A stretch of 64,000 nt of DNA, from NCBI RefSeq assembly GCF_003019035.1, contig NZ_CP027447.1; one strand, 5' to 3'. Positions within the stretch are counted from its first letter, which is position 1; each line of letters opens with the position of its first letter. This document shows, in pieces, positions 1-11,636 of the stretch. The stretch comes from Escherichia coli. GTDB taxonomy: Bacteria > Pseudomonadota > Gammaproteobacteria > Enterobacterales > Enterobacteriaceae. The notes under the pieces are model-generated. The model did not search any database. It saw only the letters and a list, made by a program, of their open reading frames with translations, and was not told the DNA's origin. The position numbers were made by a program, and so were the translations under genes.

Positions 1-2560
1 GTTCCGCGCGCGTCTGGAAAAAGGCGAAGTGCTGGATAACTTGATCCCGGAAGCCTTCGCTGTGGTGCGTGAAGCCAGTAAGCGTGTTTTTGGTATGCGT
101 CACTTCGACGTTCAGTTACTCGGCGGTATGGTTCTTAACGAACGCTGCATCGCCGAAATGCGTACCGGTGAAGGTAAAACCCTGACCGCAACGCTGCCTG
201 CTTACCTGAACGCACTAACCGGTAAAGGCGTGCATGTAGTTACCGTCAACGACTACCTGGCGCAACGTGACGCCGAAAACAACCGTCCGCTGTTTGAATT
301 CCTTGGCCTGACTGTTGGTATCAACCTGCCGGGCATGCCAGCACCGGCAAAGCGTGAAGCTTACGCAGCTGACATCACTTACGGTACGAACAACGAATAC
401 GGCTTTGACTACCTGCGCGACAACATGGCGTTCAGTCCTGAAGAACGTGTACAGCGTAAACTGCACTATGCGCTGGTGGACGAAGTGGACTCCATCCTGA
501 TCGATGAAGCGCGTACACCGCTGATCATTTCCGGCCCGGCAGAAGACAGCTCGGAAATGTATAAACGCGTGAATAAAATTATTCCGCACCTGATCCGTCA
601 GGAAAAAGAAGACTCCGAAACCTTCCAGGGCGAAGGCCACTTCTCGGTGGATGAAAAATCTCGCCAGGTGAACCTGACCGAACGTGGTCTGGTCCTGATT
701 GAAGAACTGCTGGTTAAAGAAGGCATCATGGATGAAGGAGAGTCTCTGTACTCTCCGGCCAACATCATGCTGATGCACCACGTAACGGCGGCGCTGCGCG
801 CTCATGCGCTGTTTACCCGAGACGTCGACTACATCGTTAAAGATGGTGAAGTTATCATCGTTGACGAACACACCGGTCGTACCATGCAGGGGCGTCGCTG
901 GTCCGATGGTCTGCACCAGGCAGTGGAAGCGAAAGAAGGTGTACAGATCCAGAACGAAAACCAGACGCTGGCGTCGATCACCTTCCAGAACTACTTCCGT
1001 CTGTATGAAAAACTGGCGGGGATGACCGGTACTGCTGATACCGAAGCTTTCGAATTCAGCTCCATCTATAAGCTGGATACCGTCGTTGTTCCGACCAACC
1101 GTCCAATGATTCGTAAAGATCTGCCGGACCTGGTCTACATGACTGAAGCGGAAAAAATTCAGGCGATCATTGAAGATATCAAAGAACGTACTGCGAAAGG
1201 CCAGCCGGTGCTGGTGGGTACTATCTCCATCGAAAAATCGGAGCTGGTATCAAACGAACTGACCAAAGCCGGTATTAAGCACAACGTCCTGAACGCCAAA
1301 TTCCACGCCAACGAAGCGGCGATTGTTGCTCAGGCAGGTTATCCGGCAGCGGTGACTATCGCGACCAACATGGCGGGTCGTGGTACCGATATTGTGCTCG
1401 GTGGTAGCTGGCAGGCAGAAGTTGCCGCGCTGGAAAATCCGACCGCAGAGCAAATTGAAAAAATTAAAGCCGACTGGCAGGTACGTCACGATGCGGTACT
1501 GGCAGCAGGTGGCCTGCATATCATCGGTACCGAGCGTCACGAATCCCGTCGTATCGATAACCAGTTGCGCGGTCGTTCTGGTCGTCAGGGGGATGCTGGT
1601 TCTTCCCGTTTCTACCTGTCGATGGAAGATGCGCTGATGCGTATTTTTGCTTCCGACCGAGTATCCGGCATGATGCGTAAACTGGGTATGAAGCCAGGCG
1701 AAGCCATTGAGCACCCGTGGGTGACCAAAGCGATTGCCAACGCCCAGCGTAAAGTTGAAAGCCGTAACTTCGACATTCGTAAGCAACTGCTGGAATATGA
1801 TGATGTGGCTAACGATCAGCGTCGCGCCATTTACTCCCAGCGTAACGAACTGCTGGATGTCAGCGATGTGAGCGAAACCATCAACAGCATTCGTGAAGAT
1901 GTGTTCAAAGCGACCATTGATGCCTACATTCCGCCACAATCGCTGGAAGAAATGTGGGATATTCCGGGACTGCAGGAACGTCTGAAGAACGATTTCGACC
2001 TCGATTTGCCAATTGCCGAGTGGCTGGATAAAGAACCAGAACTGCATGAAGAGACGCTGCGTGAGCGCATTCTGGCGCAGTCCATCGAAGTGTATCAGCG
2101 TAAAGAAGAAGTGGTTGGTGCTGAGATGATGCGTCACTTCGAGAAAGGCGTCATGCTGCAAACGCTTGACTCCCTGTGGAAAGAGCACCTGGCAGCGATG
2201 GACTATCTGCGTCAGGGTATCCACCTGCGTGGCTATGCACAGAAAGATCCGAAGCAGGAATACAAACGTGAATCGTTCTCCATGTTTGCAGCGATGCTGG
2301 AGTCGTTAAAATATGAAGTTATCAGCACGCTGAGCAAAGTTCAGGTACGTATGCCTGAAGAGGTTGAGGAGCTGGAACAACAGCGTCGTATGGAAGCCGA
2401 GCGTTTAGCGCAAATGCAGCAGCTTAGCCATCAGGATGACGACTCTGCAGCTGCAGCTGCACTGGCGGCGCAAACCGGTGAGCGCAAAGTAGGACGTAAC
2501 GATCCTTGCCCGTGCGGTTCTGGTAAAAAATACAAGCAGTGCCATGGTCGCCTGCAATGA
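1..2560 (+). CDS. secA: Preprotein translocase ATPase SecA (5' end truncated by window edge)
   Basis: Open frame continues from position 2 with no start; translated product matches SecA including the C-terminal zinc-binding tail [14 protein letters not shown]; stop at 2558-2560. Confidence 0.97.
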   Translation, partial: FRARLEKGEVLDNLIPEAFAVVREASKRVFGMRHFDVQLLGGMVLNERCIAEMRTGEGKTLTATLPAYLNALTGKGVHVVTVNDYLAQRDAENNRPLFEFLGLTVGINLPGMPAPAKREAYAADITYGTNNEYGFDYLRDNMAFSPEERVQRKLHYALVDEVDSILIDEARTPLIISGPAEDSSEMYKRVNKIIPHLIRQEKEDSETFQGEGHFSVDEKSRQVNLTERGLVLIEELLVKEGIMDEGESLYSPANIMLMHHVTAALRAHALFTRDVDYIVKDGEVIIVDEHTGRTMQGRRWSDGLHQAVEAKEGVQIQNENQTLASITFQNYFRLYEKLAGMTGTADTEAFEFSSIYKLDTVVVPTNRPMIRKDLPDLVYMTEAEKIQAIIEDIKERTAKGQPVLVGTISIEKSELVSNELTKAGIKHNVLNAKFHANEAAIVAQAGYPAAVTIATNMAGRGTDIVLGGSWQAEVAALENPTAEQIEKIKADWQVRHDAVLAAGGLHIIGTERHESRRIDNQLRGRSGRQGDAGSSRFYLSMEDALMRIFASDRVSGMMRKLGMKPGEAIEHPWVTKAIANAQRKVESRNFDIRKQLLEYDDVANDQRRAIYSQRNELLDVSDVSETINSIREDVFKATIDAYIPPQSLEEMWDIPGLQERLKNDFDLDLPIAEWLDKEPELHEETLRERILAQSIEVYQRKEEVVGAEMMRHFEKGVMLQTLDSLWKEHLAAMDYLRQGIHLRGYAQKDPKQEYKRESFSMFAAMLESLKYEVISTLSKVQVRMPEEVEELEQQRRMEAERLAQMQQLSHQDDDSAAAAALAAQTGERKVGRNDPCPCGSGKKYKQCHGRLQ

Positions 2561-2579
2561 AAGCTAACAGTTGAAGTAA

Positions 2580-2606
2580 AAGGCGCAGGATTCTGCGCCT
2601 TTTTTA
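2580..2606 (+). terminator. Intrinsic terminator-like hairpin downstream of secA
   Basis: GC stem ggcgcag / tgcgcc with short loop followed by a 6-T run, 20 nt after the secA stop. Confidence 0.6.
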
Positions 2607-2619
2607 TAGGTTTAAGACA

Positions 2620-3018
2620 ATGAAAAAGCTGCAAATTGCGGTAGGTATTATTCGCAACGAGAACAATGAAATCTTTATAACCCGTCGCGCAGCAGATGCG
2701 CACATGGCGAATAAACTGGAGTTTCCTGGCGGTAAAATTGAAATGAGCGAAACGCCGGAACAGGCGGTGGTGCGTGAACTTCAGGAAGAGGTCGGGATTA
2801 CCCCACAACATTTTTCGCTATTTGAAAAACTGGAATATGAATTCCCGGACAGGCATATAACTCTGTGGTTCTGGCTGGTCGAAAGCTGGGAAGGGGAGCC
2901 GTGGGGTAAAGAAGGGCAACCCGGTGAGTGGATGTCGCTGGTCGGTCTGAATGCCGATGATTTTCCGCCAGCCAATGAACCGGTAATTGCGAAGCTTAAG
3001 CGCGTGTACGTCGGATAG
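2620..3018 (+). CDS. mutT: 8-oxo-dGTP diphosphatase MutT (Nudix hydrolase)
   Basis: 132-aa ORF; Nudix box GGKIEMSETPEQAVVRELQEEVGI; RBS-like aagaca upstream of ATG. Confidence 0.95.
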   Translation: MKKLQIAVGIIRNENNEIFITRRAADAHMANKLEFPGGKIEMSETPEQAVVRELQEEVGITPQHFSLFEKLEYEFPDRHITLWFWLVESWEGEPWGKEGQPGEWMSLVGLNADDFPPANEPVIAKLKRVYVG

Positions 3019-3044
3019 GTGTTTATGCCGCATCCGACATTTGC

Positions 3045-3100
3045 ACACGATGCCTGATGCGACGCTGCCCGCGTCTTATCAGGCCAGCGTCGCATCAGAC
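3045..3100. repeat. REP-like extragenic palindromic element(s)
   Basis: gcctgatgcgacgctg...cgcgtcttatcaggcc plus inverted copy cagcgtcgcatcag; typical enterobacterial REP palindromic unit between mutT and yacG. Confidence 0.7.
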
Positions 3101-3106
3101 AAAATG

Positions 3107-3304
3107 TCACTGCTTTGGCTCTTCGCTCCAGTCATCGCTTTCGGAAAGATCGCCACTGCTGGGGATTCGTTTTTCTTCAGCAGCCCATTCTCCGAGGTCG
3201 ATCAGCTGACAACGTTTGGAGCAAAATGGCCGAAACGGGCTGATTTCACCCCACACCACCGTTTTCCCGCAGGTTGGGCAATTCACCGTAATAGTTTCTG
3301 ACAT
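3107..3304 (-). CDS. yacG: DNA gyrase inhibitor YacG (zinc-finger protein)
   Basis: 65-aa ORF with CPTCGK...CSKRC zinc-ribbon motif. Confidence 0.93.
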
Positions 3305-3313
3305 TTTTACTCC

Positions 3314-4057
3314 TTAGCAACAGGCCAGTTCGAAATCCAGACGTTCCGGTACCTGTCCGTTTTCACTGTCCAGCGGCATAAAACGAATGGCAAAACGGCT
3401 CTTATGACCGGAAATTTGCGGATAAAGCTGTGAATCGAGTGACAGATTCAGGCGCAGCAAGTCGGCATCGCCACCGTTATCCTGATAAAAACCATTCAGG
3501 CTGGTTTGTTTACGGAAGGGGGCCGACTGGCGAATTAAATCCAGCACCATGGTAAGTGCCTGGGTGAGCGGGTTCAGGCTGGCAATCCAGGTTTCTACCT
3601 GGCTGTCGCGCTGCGCCTGGGGTAGATGCAGCCAAATGTGCAATGTAGGTAAATCAAAGCTACAACAGCCGCCTGGGATGCTCAGTCGCTGACGCACCAG
3701 AGCAATCAAACGATCTTCACGCAGAAATTGCCCGATACGCGGCGCGGAAATTAATACGCTCCCCGCCGCTTTTAACTGCTGAATTAATGCTTCAATACGG
3801 CTCTGGTCCACGCCAGGCACGCCAATCCAGGTCTGGAGTTTACGTTGCTGCCGGTCAAGTTCTTTCAACAGCTCAGTGCGGACTTCGCCGCGCTCGAAAA
3901 CATCCAGTAATTCACTGACATTACGGAAGAAATGCAGCGCGCCAGCGTGGTCAACGATGGGTAAATTAACGGTAAGTTGCTGAATCAAAAACTCAATGCG
4001 CAGCCATGTACGCATTTTTTCATTTAGTGGATGTTCAAAAAGGACCTGGGTCTGCAT
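3314..4057 (-). CDS. zapD: Cell division factor ZapD (YacF)
   Basis: 247-aa ORF recognised as ZapD; start overlaps coaE stop (TAATG). Confidence 0.93.
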
Positions 4058-4677
4058 TACGGTTTTTCCTGTGAGACAAACTGCGACGCAAGCTGCAAAT
4101 AGTGTGCGTGCAGGCGGGCAACATCCGATGCGATAGCATCCGGTGCGCCGTTATTATCAATGACGTCATCTGCCACGGCAAGGCGAGCTTCGCGCGTTGC
4201 CTGAGCAGCAAGGATTTGTTCGACATGCTCGCGAGTTACATCGTCGCGCTGCATGGTGCGCTTAAGTTGCGTTTCTGGGCTGACATCCACCACCAGCACT
4301 CGATTCGCTTTTTTATACAGTGAGTTTTCTACCAGCAATGGCACAACCCATAGTACATAGGGGGAAGTAGCTTGCTGGATCTGGTGTTGCGTCTCTTGCT
4401 GAATCAGCGGATGCAGCAGGGCGTTAAGCCAGTTTTTCTCTTCCGGGTTGGCGAAGATCCGCTCGCGCAAGGCCCGGCGCTGCAATGTTCCATCAGCAGC
4501 AATCATGTTAGCGCCAAAGTGATCAGCAATGGCATGTAGCGCAGGTGCACCTGGTTCAACCACCTGACGCGCAATAATATCGGCATCAATGACGTTAATT
4601 CCGAGATCAGCAAACGCATTGGCAACGGTACTCTTGCCACTGCCAATGCCTCCCGTTAAGGCAACTATATACCTCAT
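4057..4677 (-). CDS. coaE: Dephospho-CoA kinase
   Basis: 206-aa ORF; N-terminal P-loop GGIGSGKST. Confidence 0.95.
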
Positions 4678-4901
4678 AATTTATATTCCCGGGAATTCAT
4701 CATGATTATCAAAACGTTAAAAATGAGCGCACGAAAGCGAAATTGATGAAACGTTCGCTCACTATTTACCAGGTAAATTTATGGGATTGTAGCGTAAAAA
4801 AAGACAATTTCGCAGTCTTGCGCCGCATTGATTAGTGCGTATGATAACGTCACTGGAGTTGCGCTCTTACCCTTATAGCCATTAACCCCAGGAATCCGCA
4901 C

Positions 4902-5945
4902 ATGCGTATTGAAGAAGATCTGAAGTTAGGTTTTAAAGACGTTCTCATCCGCCCTAAACGCTCCACTCTTAAAAGCCGTTCCGATGTTGAACTGGAACGT
5001 CAATTCACCTTCAAACATTCAGGTCAGAGCTGGTCCGGCGTGCCGATTATCGCCGCCAATATGGACACCGTAGGCACATTTTCTATGGCCTCTGCGCTGG
5101 CTTCTTTTGATATTCTGACTGCTGTGCATAAACACTATTCTGTCGAAGAGTGGCAAGCGTTTATCAACAATTCTTCCGCTGATGTGCTGAAACATGTGAT
5201 GGTTTCTACCGGCACGTCTGATGCGGATTTCGAAAAAACTAAACAGATTCTCGACCTGAACCCGGCATTAAATTTCGTTTGTATTGACGTGGCGAATGGT
5301 TATTCCGAACACTTCGTGCAGTTCGTTGCGAAAGCGCGTGAAGCGTGGCCGACCAAAACCATTTGTGCAGGCAACTTAGTGACTGGTGAAATGTGTGAGG
5401 AGCTTATCCTCTCCGGTGCCGATATCGTTAAAGTTGGCATTGGCCCAGGTTCTGTTTGTACAACTCGCGTCAAAACAGGCGTCGGTTATCCGCAACTTTC
5501 TGCGGTGATCGAATGTGCCGATGCTGCGCACGGTCTGGGCGGAATGATCGTCAGCGATGGCGGCTGCACCACGCCGGGCGATGTCGCGAAAGCCTTTGGC
5601 GGCGGTGCCGATTTCGTAATGCTTGGCGGCATGCTGGCGGGCCACGAAGAGAGCGGCGGTCGCATCGTTGAGGAGAACGGCGAGAAATTTATGCTGTTCT
5701 ACGGCATGAGCTCAGAGTCTGCGATGAAACGTCACGTTGGCGGCGTTGCGGAATATCGCGCAGCAGAAGGTAAAACCGTTAAGCTGCCGCTGCGAGGCCC
5801 GGTTGAAAATACCGCGCGTGATATTTTGGGCGGCCTGCGTTCAGCTTGTACATACGTTGGGGCTTCACGCCTGAAAGAACTGACCAAGCGCACCACGTTT
5901 ATCCGTGTGCAGGAACAAGAAAACCGCATCTTCAACAACCTGTAA
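4902..5945 (+). CDS. guaC: GMP reductase
   Basis: 347-aa ORF; IMPDH/GMPR TIM-barrel signature [11 protein letters not shown]. Confidence 0.96.
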   Translation: MRIEEDLKLGFKDVLIRPKRSTLKSRSDVELERQFTFKHSGQSWSGVPIIAANMDTVGTFSMASALASFDILTAVHKHYSVEEWQAFINNSSADVLKHVMVSTGTSDADFEKTKQILDLNPALNFVCIDVANGYSEHFVQFVAKAREAWPTKTICAGNLVTGEMCEELILSGADIVKVGIGPGSVCTTRVKTGVGYPQLSAVIECADAAHGLGGMIVSDGGCTTPGDVAKAFGGGADFVMLGGMLAGHEESGGRIVEENGEKFMLFYGMSSESAMKRHVGGVAEYRAAEGKTVKLPLRGPVENTARDILGGLRSACTYVGASRLKELTKRTTFIRVQEQENRIFNNL

Positions 5946-5951
5946 TATACC

Positions 5952-5981
5952 AACGCTGGCGTGGAGCAACACGCCAGCGTT
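5952..5981. terminator. Bidirectional terminator-like hairpin between convergent guaC and hofC
   Basis: Perfect 12-bp stem aacgctggcgtg / cacgccagcgtt with 6-nt loop immediately after the guaC stop. Confidence 0.6.
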
Positions 5982-7182
5982 ATCCCATTCCACTCATCGC
6001 ATCGCCTAAATGGAAAATTGGCAGATACATTGCCACCACCAGCGTACCGATAATTCCTCCCGTTATGATCAGCAACGCCGGTTCCAGTAAGGCTGCGAGG
6101 TTATCCGCCAGCGCCATTGTGTTATCCCGATGATGATGGGCGAGGTTGTCTAACATGAGATCCAGCGAGCCGGATGCCTCTCCTGTTCTCACTAATTGCA
6201 AACAGAGCGGGCTAAACTCACCGGCATTTTTTAGCGCCAGCCAGATGGGGTGACCGTTACTGATATCGTGCTGGATTTGTGTCAGAAGTTGCACCCAGTA
6301 CGGGCAGCGCATTGTTTCTCTGACGCTCTCAACGCCCTGTAAAAAAGTAATGCCTGCACTTTGTGTCAGCGCCAGAATCGTAAAGATCTGCGTGAGTTTT
6401 TGTCCCCGCATCAGTGAACCCATAATCGGGATGCGTAACAGCAATTTCTGCCGTGCGATAAGCCTGGTTGGGTGGCGCATCAGCAGCTTATTGGCTATCG
6501 CCAGCAGAAAGCCGAATAGCACCAGCAACCAACCCCATTCGCCACTAAAGCTTGCCAGCGTCATGATCCCCTGCGTTAGCGCCGGTAGCGGAGTGTTAAA
6601 GGTCTTATAGATAGCGGCAAACTCCGGCAGAACAAAATGCAGCATTGCCACAACCACCATGATTGCCATCGCTAAAATGATAATGGGATAACGTAACGCT
6701 GATTTCACTTTGTCGGTCAACTGACGCTGGGCTTTTTGTTGACGCGCCAGTTCAAAGCAGCATTCATCCAGCTTACCGGTCAGTTCACCCGTGCGGATCA
6801 TCGCCTGATAGAGCGGCGGAAATACCTCTGACCAGGGTAATAAGGCATTGGAAAAGGCAATGCCCTGTTCGAGATCGTGTGCCAGCGATTGCAGCAACGC
6901 TTGCCATTGCTTACTGGGATGCTGTTCCGCCAGCAGTGCCAGCCCTTCAGAAAGCGTTAACCCGGCTTTGAGTAGCGTCGCCAGTTGATGAATGACTTCC
7001 GCGCTTTTATCTCCTCGCCACTGCGCAGAATTGATGGCGATTCGCTTCAGGCTAAGTGGGGTAACCATCTGTTGCTGTAGTGCCATAAGCAGTAAAGCAC
7101 GACTCTCTGCCCATAGCATCCCATCTTGCGCATTACCGTCGCCGGTTATGCCATGCCAGCGCCAGAGTTGCTTACTCGCCAT
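5980..7182 (-). CDS. hofC: Type IV pilus assembly inner-membrane platform protein (GspF/PilC family)
   Basis: 400-aa ORF with GspF-like duplicated domain architecture; overlaps hofB stop by 11 nt. Confidence 0.92.
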   Translation of the reverse strand: MASKQLWRWHGITGDGNAQDGMLWAESRALLLMALQQQMVTPLSLKRIAINSAQWRGDKSAEVIHQLATLLKAGLTLSEGLALLAEQHPSKQWQALLQSLAHDLEQGIAFSNALLPWSEVFPPLYQAMIRTGELTGKLDECCFELARQQKAQRQLTDKVKSALRYPIIILAMAIMVVVAMLHFVLPEFAAIYKTFNTPLPALTQGIMTLASFSGEWGWLLVLFGFLLAIANKLLMRHPTRLIARQKLLLRIPIMGSLMRGQKLTQIFTILALTQSAGITFLQGVESVRETMRCPYWVQLLTQIQHDISNGHPIWLALKNAGEFSPLCLQLVRTGEASGSLDLMLDNLAHHHRDNTMALADNLAALLEPALLIITGGIIGTLVVAMYLPIFHLGDAMSGMG

Positions 7183-8557
7183 GCGGCATCCCCAATACGC
7201 GGATTAACTCTTCAAAGGTGGTTAAGCCTTGCTCCACGGCCAGGCAGCCGTTTTCAAAAAGCGTATGCATACCCGCCTGTCGGGCGTGCATTTCCAGCGA
7301 TTCAACGTCGGTATTAGCGGAAATAAGCTGACGTATGACCGGTGTTATGGGCAGAACTTCAAATAAGGCCGTGCGACCATAAAAACCGTGGTAGCAATGT
7401 ACACAACCGGGTGCCTGCCAGTGGGGCAGCGGCGACGGCCATACATTGTCTGGAATATGGATGGGCTCCTCTTGCTGTCGGCGACAATGTGGGCAAAGTT
7501 TACGTACCAGACGCTGGGCTATTACCAGCGTAAGTGCCGATGAAAGCATCCAGCGAGCAACGCCCATTTGCTGTAAACGCACCAGCGTTTCGCAGGTGGA
7601 ATTGGTGTGTAGCGTGGACAACACCAGGTGACCGGTTTGCGCGGCTTTTATGGCAATTTCTGCCGTTTCGCCATCGCGGATCTCTCCGATCATGATGACG
7701 TCAGGGTCCTGGCGCAATAACGCACGCAAAACGCCCTGAAAGGTGAGTCCGGCACGCGGATGGATTTGCGTCTGGTTTAGTCCGGCTATGGGGATCTCAA
7801 CCGGATCTTCGACGCTACAAATATTAATGTCAGCGGTATTCAGCGTTTGCAGGGCACTATAAAGCGTGACCGTTTTGCCGCTGCCTGTAGGGCCAGTTAC
7901 CAGCACCAATCCCTGTGGTTGTTGCAATGCATGAGCAAAGTCCGCCAGTTGTAACGGCTGCATTCCCAGCGTGTTAACATCCAGTGCCTGGCTCACCTGC
8001 TGTAACAACCTTAATACCACCTTTTCACCACCCCGACATGGTAAGGTCGCAATACGAAATGAGACGGCGTTTCCTGCCAGTTCGACAGTGAATTGCCCGT
8101 CCTGCGGCAGGCGATGTTCCGCAATATCCAGATTTCCCAGCACTTTTAATCTGGCGGTTAATGCGACTCCGGCATCCGGTGAAACGTCCGGTAAAGGATG
8201 CAATACGCCGTCGATACGCAAGCGGATGCGGTAGGCATTGTCCGCTGGTTCGATATGAATATCAGACGCGCGTTGTTCCAGCGCAGACTGTAACGTTCTA
8301 GTCAGCAACTCTGCTTTGGGCTGATGCTTCTCCTGAACAGCTACGGGCAATGTCTGTTGTGTGCGACTGGCGTGACCTTCCATTTGTTGGCGCGTCCAGC
8401 AGGTGATCTCAATACGTTTGGTGGTAGCGAAATGCAATGCGTCCAGTAGCTCATGCGAAGGTGCATCGACTACCGCAACATGAACCACCTCTTCGCTGGC
8501 ATCCAGCAAGACTCCCTGATAACGCAGACACAGGGCGGTGAGCTGTGGAATATTCAT
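7172..8557 (-). CDS. hofB: Type IV pilus assembly ATPase (GspE/PilB family)
   Basis: 461-aa ORF; Walker A GPTGSGKT; C-terminal tetracysteine CPHC...CVHC. Confidence 0.93.
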   Translation of the reverse strand: MNIPQLTALCLRYQGVLLDASEEVVHVAVVDAPSHELLDALHFATTKRIEITCWTRQQMEGHASRTQQTLPVAVQEKHQPKAELLTRTLQSALEQRASDIHIEPADNAYRIRLRIDGVLHPLPDVSPDAGVALTARLKVLGNLDIAEHRLPQDGQFTVELAGNAVSFRIATLPCRGGEKVVLRLLQQVSQALDVNTLGMQPLQLADFAHALQQPQGLVLVTGPTGSGKTVTLYSALQTLNTADINICSVEDPVEIPIAGLNQTQIHPRAGLTFQGVLRALLRQDPDVIMIGEIRDGETAEIAIKAAQTGHLVLSTLHTNSTCETLVRLQQMGVARWMLSSALTLVIAQRLVRKLCPHCRRQQEEPIHIPDNVWPSPLPHWQAPGCVHCYHGFYGRTALFEVLPITPVIRQLISANTDVESLEMHARQAGMHTLFENGCLAVEQGLTTFEELIRVLGMPHGE

Positions 8558-8566
8558 TGCCGCTCC

Positions 8567-9007
8567 TTAGTTGGCGTCATCAAAGCGGAAGACATCTTCG
8601 CAGGCTTGCTGCAATGCGCTGTCACTTTGAATATTGCAGTTGCGCGTCCAGCCGGTGACGCCGTTTGCGTTATCCCAACCCGGCGTCATGACGACGCTTA
8701 GCCCATTGAGACTTTCTTGCCCGGTCAGCGACACCACGCCCTTTGCCACACTCATGGCTGAAACATAGCGGGTGGTGGTAGGCGAAGGAATACCATTGCT
8801 GCCACCGTCGCAGGTATTTAATCCACCATGTTCCAGCGCGCACAACTCTACGGCGGTACGGTAAGGCACAAAGGTTTGTAGCATGTCGGTGAGTGCGGCT
8901 TTGCGCAGGTAGTTTTGATAAGCGGGAATACCAATGGCGCTTAAAATGGCAATGATGCCAATAACCACCATCAGTTCGATAAGTGTAAAACCGCGTTGCT
9001 TGTCCAT
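8567..9007 (-). CDS. ppdD: Prepilin peptidase-dependent pilin PpdD (type IV major pilin)
   Basis: 146-aa ORF; class III signal and conserved N-terminus GFTLIELMVVIGIIAILSAIGIP. Confidence 0.93.
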   Translation of the reverse strand: MDKQRGFTLIELMVVIGIIAILSAIGIPAYQNYLRKAALTDMLQTFVPYRTAVELCALEHGGLNTCDGGSNGIPSPTTTRYVSAMSVAKGVVSLTGQESLNGLSVVMTPGWDNANGVTGWTRNCNIQSDSALQQACEDVFRFDDAN

Positions 9008-9210
9008 TTGTTTCGCTCCTTGATTTGGTTGGCGCTACTTTGGCAAACGCCATCAGCACAAGCGAGGGGCAAAAAACGAAACGGGAAAGCAGCTTCCGGA
9101 GTTTTTTATTACGTTGCAGCGAAAGACAAGAAATTTGCGAGGCGTTACGAAGAAAGTTGGGAAAGGGGAGATTTATCCGCCCGCGATGGAGCGGATAAAT
9201 CTGTCAGCAA

Positions 9211-10164
<954 letters not shown>

Positions 10165-10191
10165 TTAGCACCACATATAAGGAGATCCTGC

Positions 10192-10743
10192 ATGTTGTTA
10201 GAACAGGGGTGGCTGGTTGGCGCGCGCCGCGTTCCCTCACCACATTACGATTGCCGCCCGGATGACGAAACACCCACCCTGCTGGTGGTGCACAATATTA
10301 GCCTGCCGCCAGGCGAGTTTGGCGGTCCGTGGATCGACGCATTATTCACTGGAACTATTGATCCGCAGGCACATCCTTTCTTTGCTGAGATCGCCCATTT
10401 GCGCGTCTCCGCTCACTGTTTGATTCGCCGCGATGGTGAAATAGTCCAGTATGTTCCTTTCGATAAACGTGCCTGGCATGCGGGAGTCTCTCAGTATCAG
10501 GGGCGTGAACGCTGCAATGATTTTTCTATTGGGATTGAGCTGGAAGGCACCGATACGCTGGCGTATACCGATGCGCAGTATCAACAGCTTGCGGTGGTTA
10601 CGCGGGCACTGATTGATCGCTATCCGGATATCGCTAATAACATGACGGGCCATTGTGATATTGCGCCGGATCGGAAAACCGATCCCGGTCCTGCATTTGA
10701 TTGGGCACGGTTTCGTGCGCTGGTCAGCAAGGAGACAACATGA
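10192..10743 (+). CDS. ampD: 1,6-anhydro-N-acetylmuramyl-L-alanine amidase AmpD
   Basis: 183-aa ORF recognised as AmpD (amidase_2 fold). Confidence 0.95.
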   Translation: MLLEQGWLVGARRVPSPHYDCRPDDETPTLLVVHNISLPPGEFGGPWIDALFTGTIDPQAHPFFAEIAHLRVSAHCLIRRDGEIVQYVPFDKRAWHAGVSQYQGRERCNDFSIGIELEGTDTLAYTDAQYQQLAVVTRALIDRYPDIANNMTGHCDIAPDRKTDPGPAFDWARFRALVSKETT

Positions 10744-11594
10744 CGCTATTTACAACCTTACTGGTGTTAATTTTCGAGCGCCTGTTTAAGTTGGGCGAGC
10801 ACTGGCAGCTTGATCATCGTCTTGAAGCGTTCTTTCGGCGGGTGAAACATTTTTCTCTCGGGCGCACATTAGGCATGACCATTATTGCGATGGGCGTGAC
10901 TTTTTTACTGTTACGCACATTGCAGGGAGTATTATTCAACGTTCCCACGCTGCTGGTGTGGCTGCTGATTGGTTTGCTGTGTATTGGCGCAGGTAAAGTT
11001 CGTCTTCATTATCATGCTTATCTGACAGCTGCTTCACGTAATGATAGCCATGCCCGTGCCACGATGGCTGGCGAACTCACCATGATTCACGGCGTCCCGG
11101 CAGGCTGCGATGAACGTGAGTATTTGCGTGAGCTGCAAAATGCATTGCTGTGGATTAACTTTCGTTTTTATCTTGCACCGCTGTTCTGGCTGATTGTGGG
11201 GGGAACCTGGGGACCCGTTACGCTGATGGGGTATGCGTTTTTGCGTGCATGGCAATACTGGCTGGCGCGTTACCAGACGCCGCATCATCGTTTACAGTCC
11301 GGCATTGATGCCGTGCTTCATGTACTGGATTGGGTGCCGGTTCGTCTTGCGGGTGTGGTATATGCCTTGATCGGTCATGGGGAGAAAGCGTTACCGGCCT
11401 GGTTTGCTTCGCTGGGTGATTTCCATACTTCGCAATATCAGGTATTAACGCGTCTGGCGCAGTTCTCTCTGGCGCGTGAACCGCATGTCGATAAGGTGGA
11501 GACGCCGAAGGCAGCGGTTTCCATGGCGAAGAAAACCTCGTTCGTGGTCGTGGTGGTAATTGCGCTACTGACGATTTACGGGGCGTTGGTGTAA
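10740..11594 (+). CDS. ampE: Inner membrane protein AmpE
   Basis: Start at [16 protein letters not shown]; ATG overlaps ampD stop (ATGA); hydrophobic membrane protein. Confidence 0.92.
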   Translation: MTLFTTLLVLIFERLFKLGEHWQLDHRLEAFFRRVKHFSLGRTLGMTIIAMGVTFLLLRTLQGVLFNVPTLLVWLLIGLLCIGAGKVRLHYHAYLTAASRNDSHARATMAGELTMIHGVPAGCDEREYLRELQNALLWINFRFYLAPLFWLIVGGTWGPVTLMGYAFLRAWQYWLARYQTPHHRLQSGIDAVLHVLDWVPVRLAGVVYALIGHGEKALPAWFASLGDFHTSQYQVLTRLAQFSLAREPHVDKVETPKAAVSMAKKTSFVVVVVIALLTIYGALV

Positions 11595-11602
11595 AGATTA
11601 TT

Positions 11603-11630
11603 GCCCTCACCCTGCACGGGTGAGGGCGTA
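11603..11630. terminator. Palindromic hairpin between convergent ampE and aroP
   Basis: ccctcaccc-tgca-cgggtgaggg perfect inverted repeat in the 42-bp gap. Confidence 0.6.
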
Positions 11631-11636
11631 GAGAGA

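Noticed and set aside
215-916. 233-aa ORF antisense to secA
   Set aside because: Embedded in conserved secA coding sequence with no independent signals; antisense artefact
1209-1216. Chi sites (GCTGGTGG) seen at several positions, e.g. in secA, ampD and rpnC
   Set aside because: Expected frequency for an E. coli core genome; not individually informative
9131-9150. Possible CRP-S (Sxy-dependent) site upstream of ppdD: TTTGCGAggcgttACGAA
   Set aside because: Only one half-site resembles TGCGA; the partner half does not match TCGCA at the correct spacing, so I cannot call a site from sequence alone
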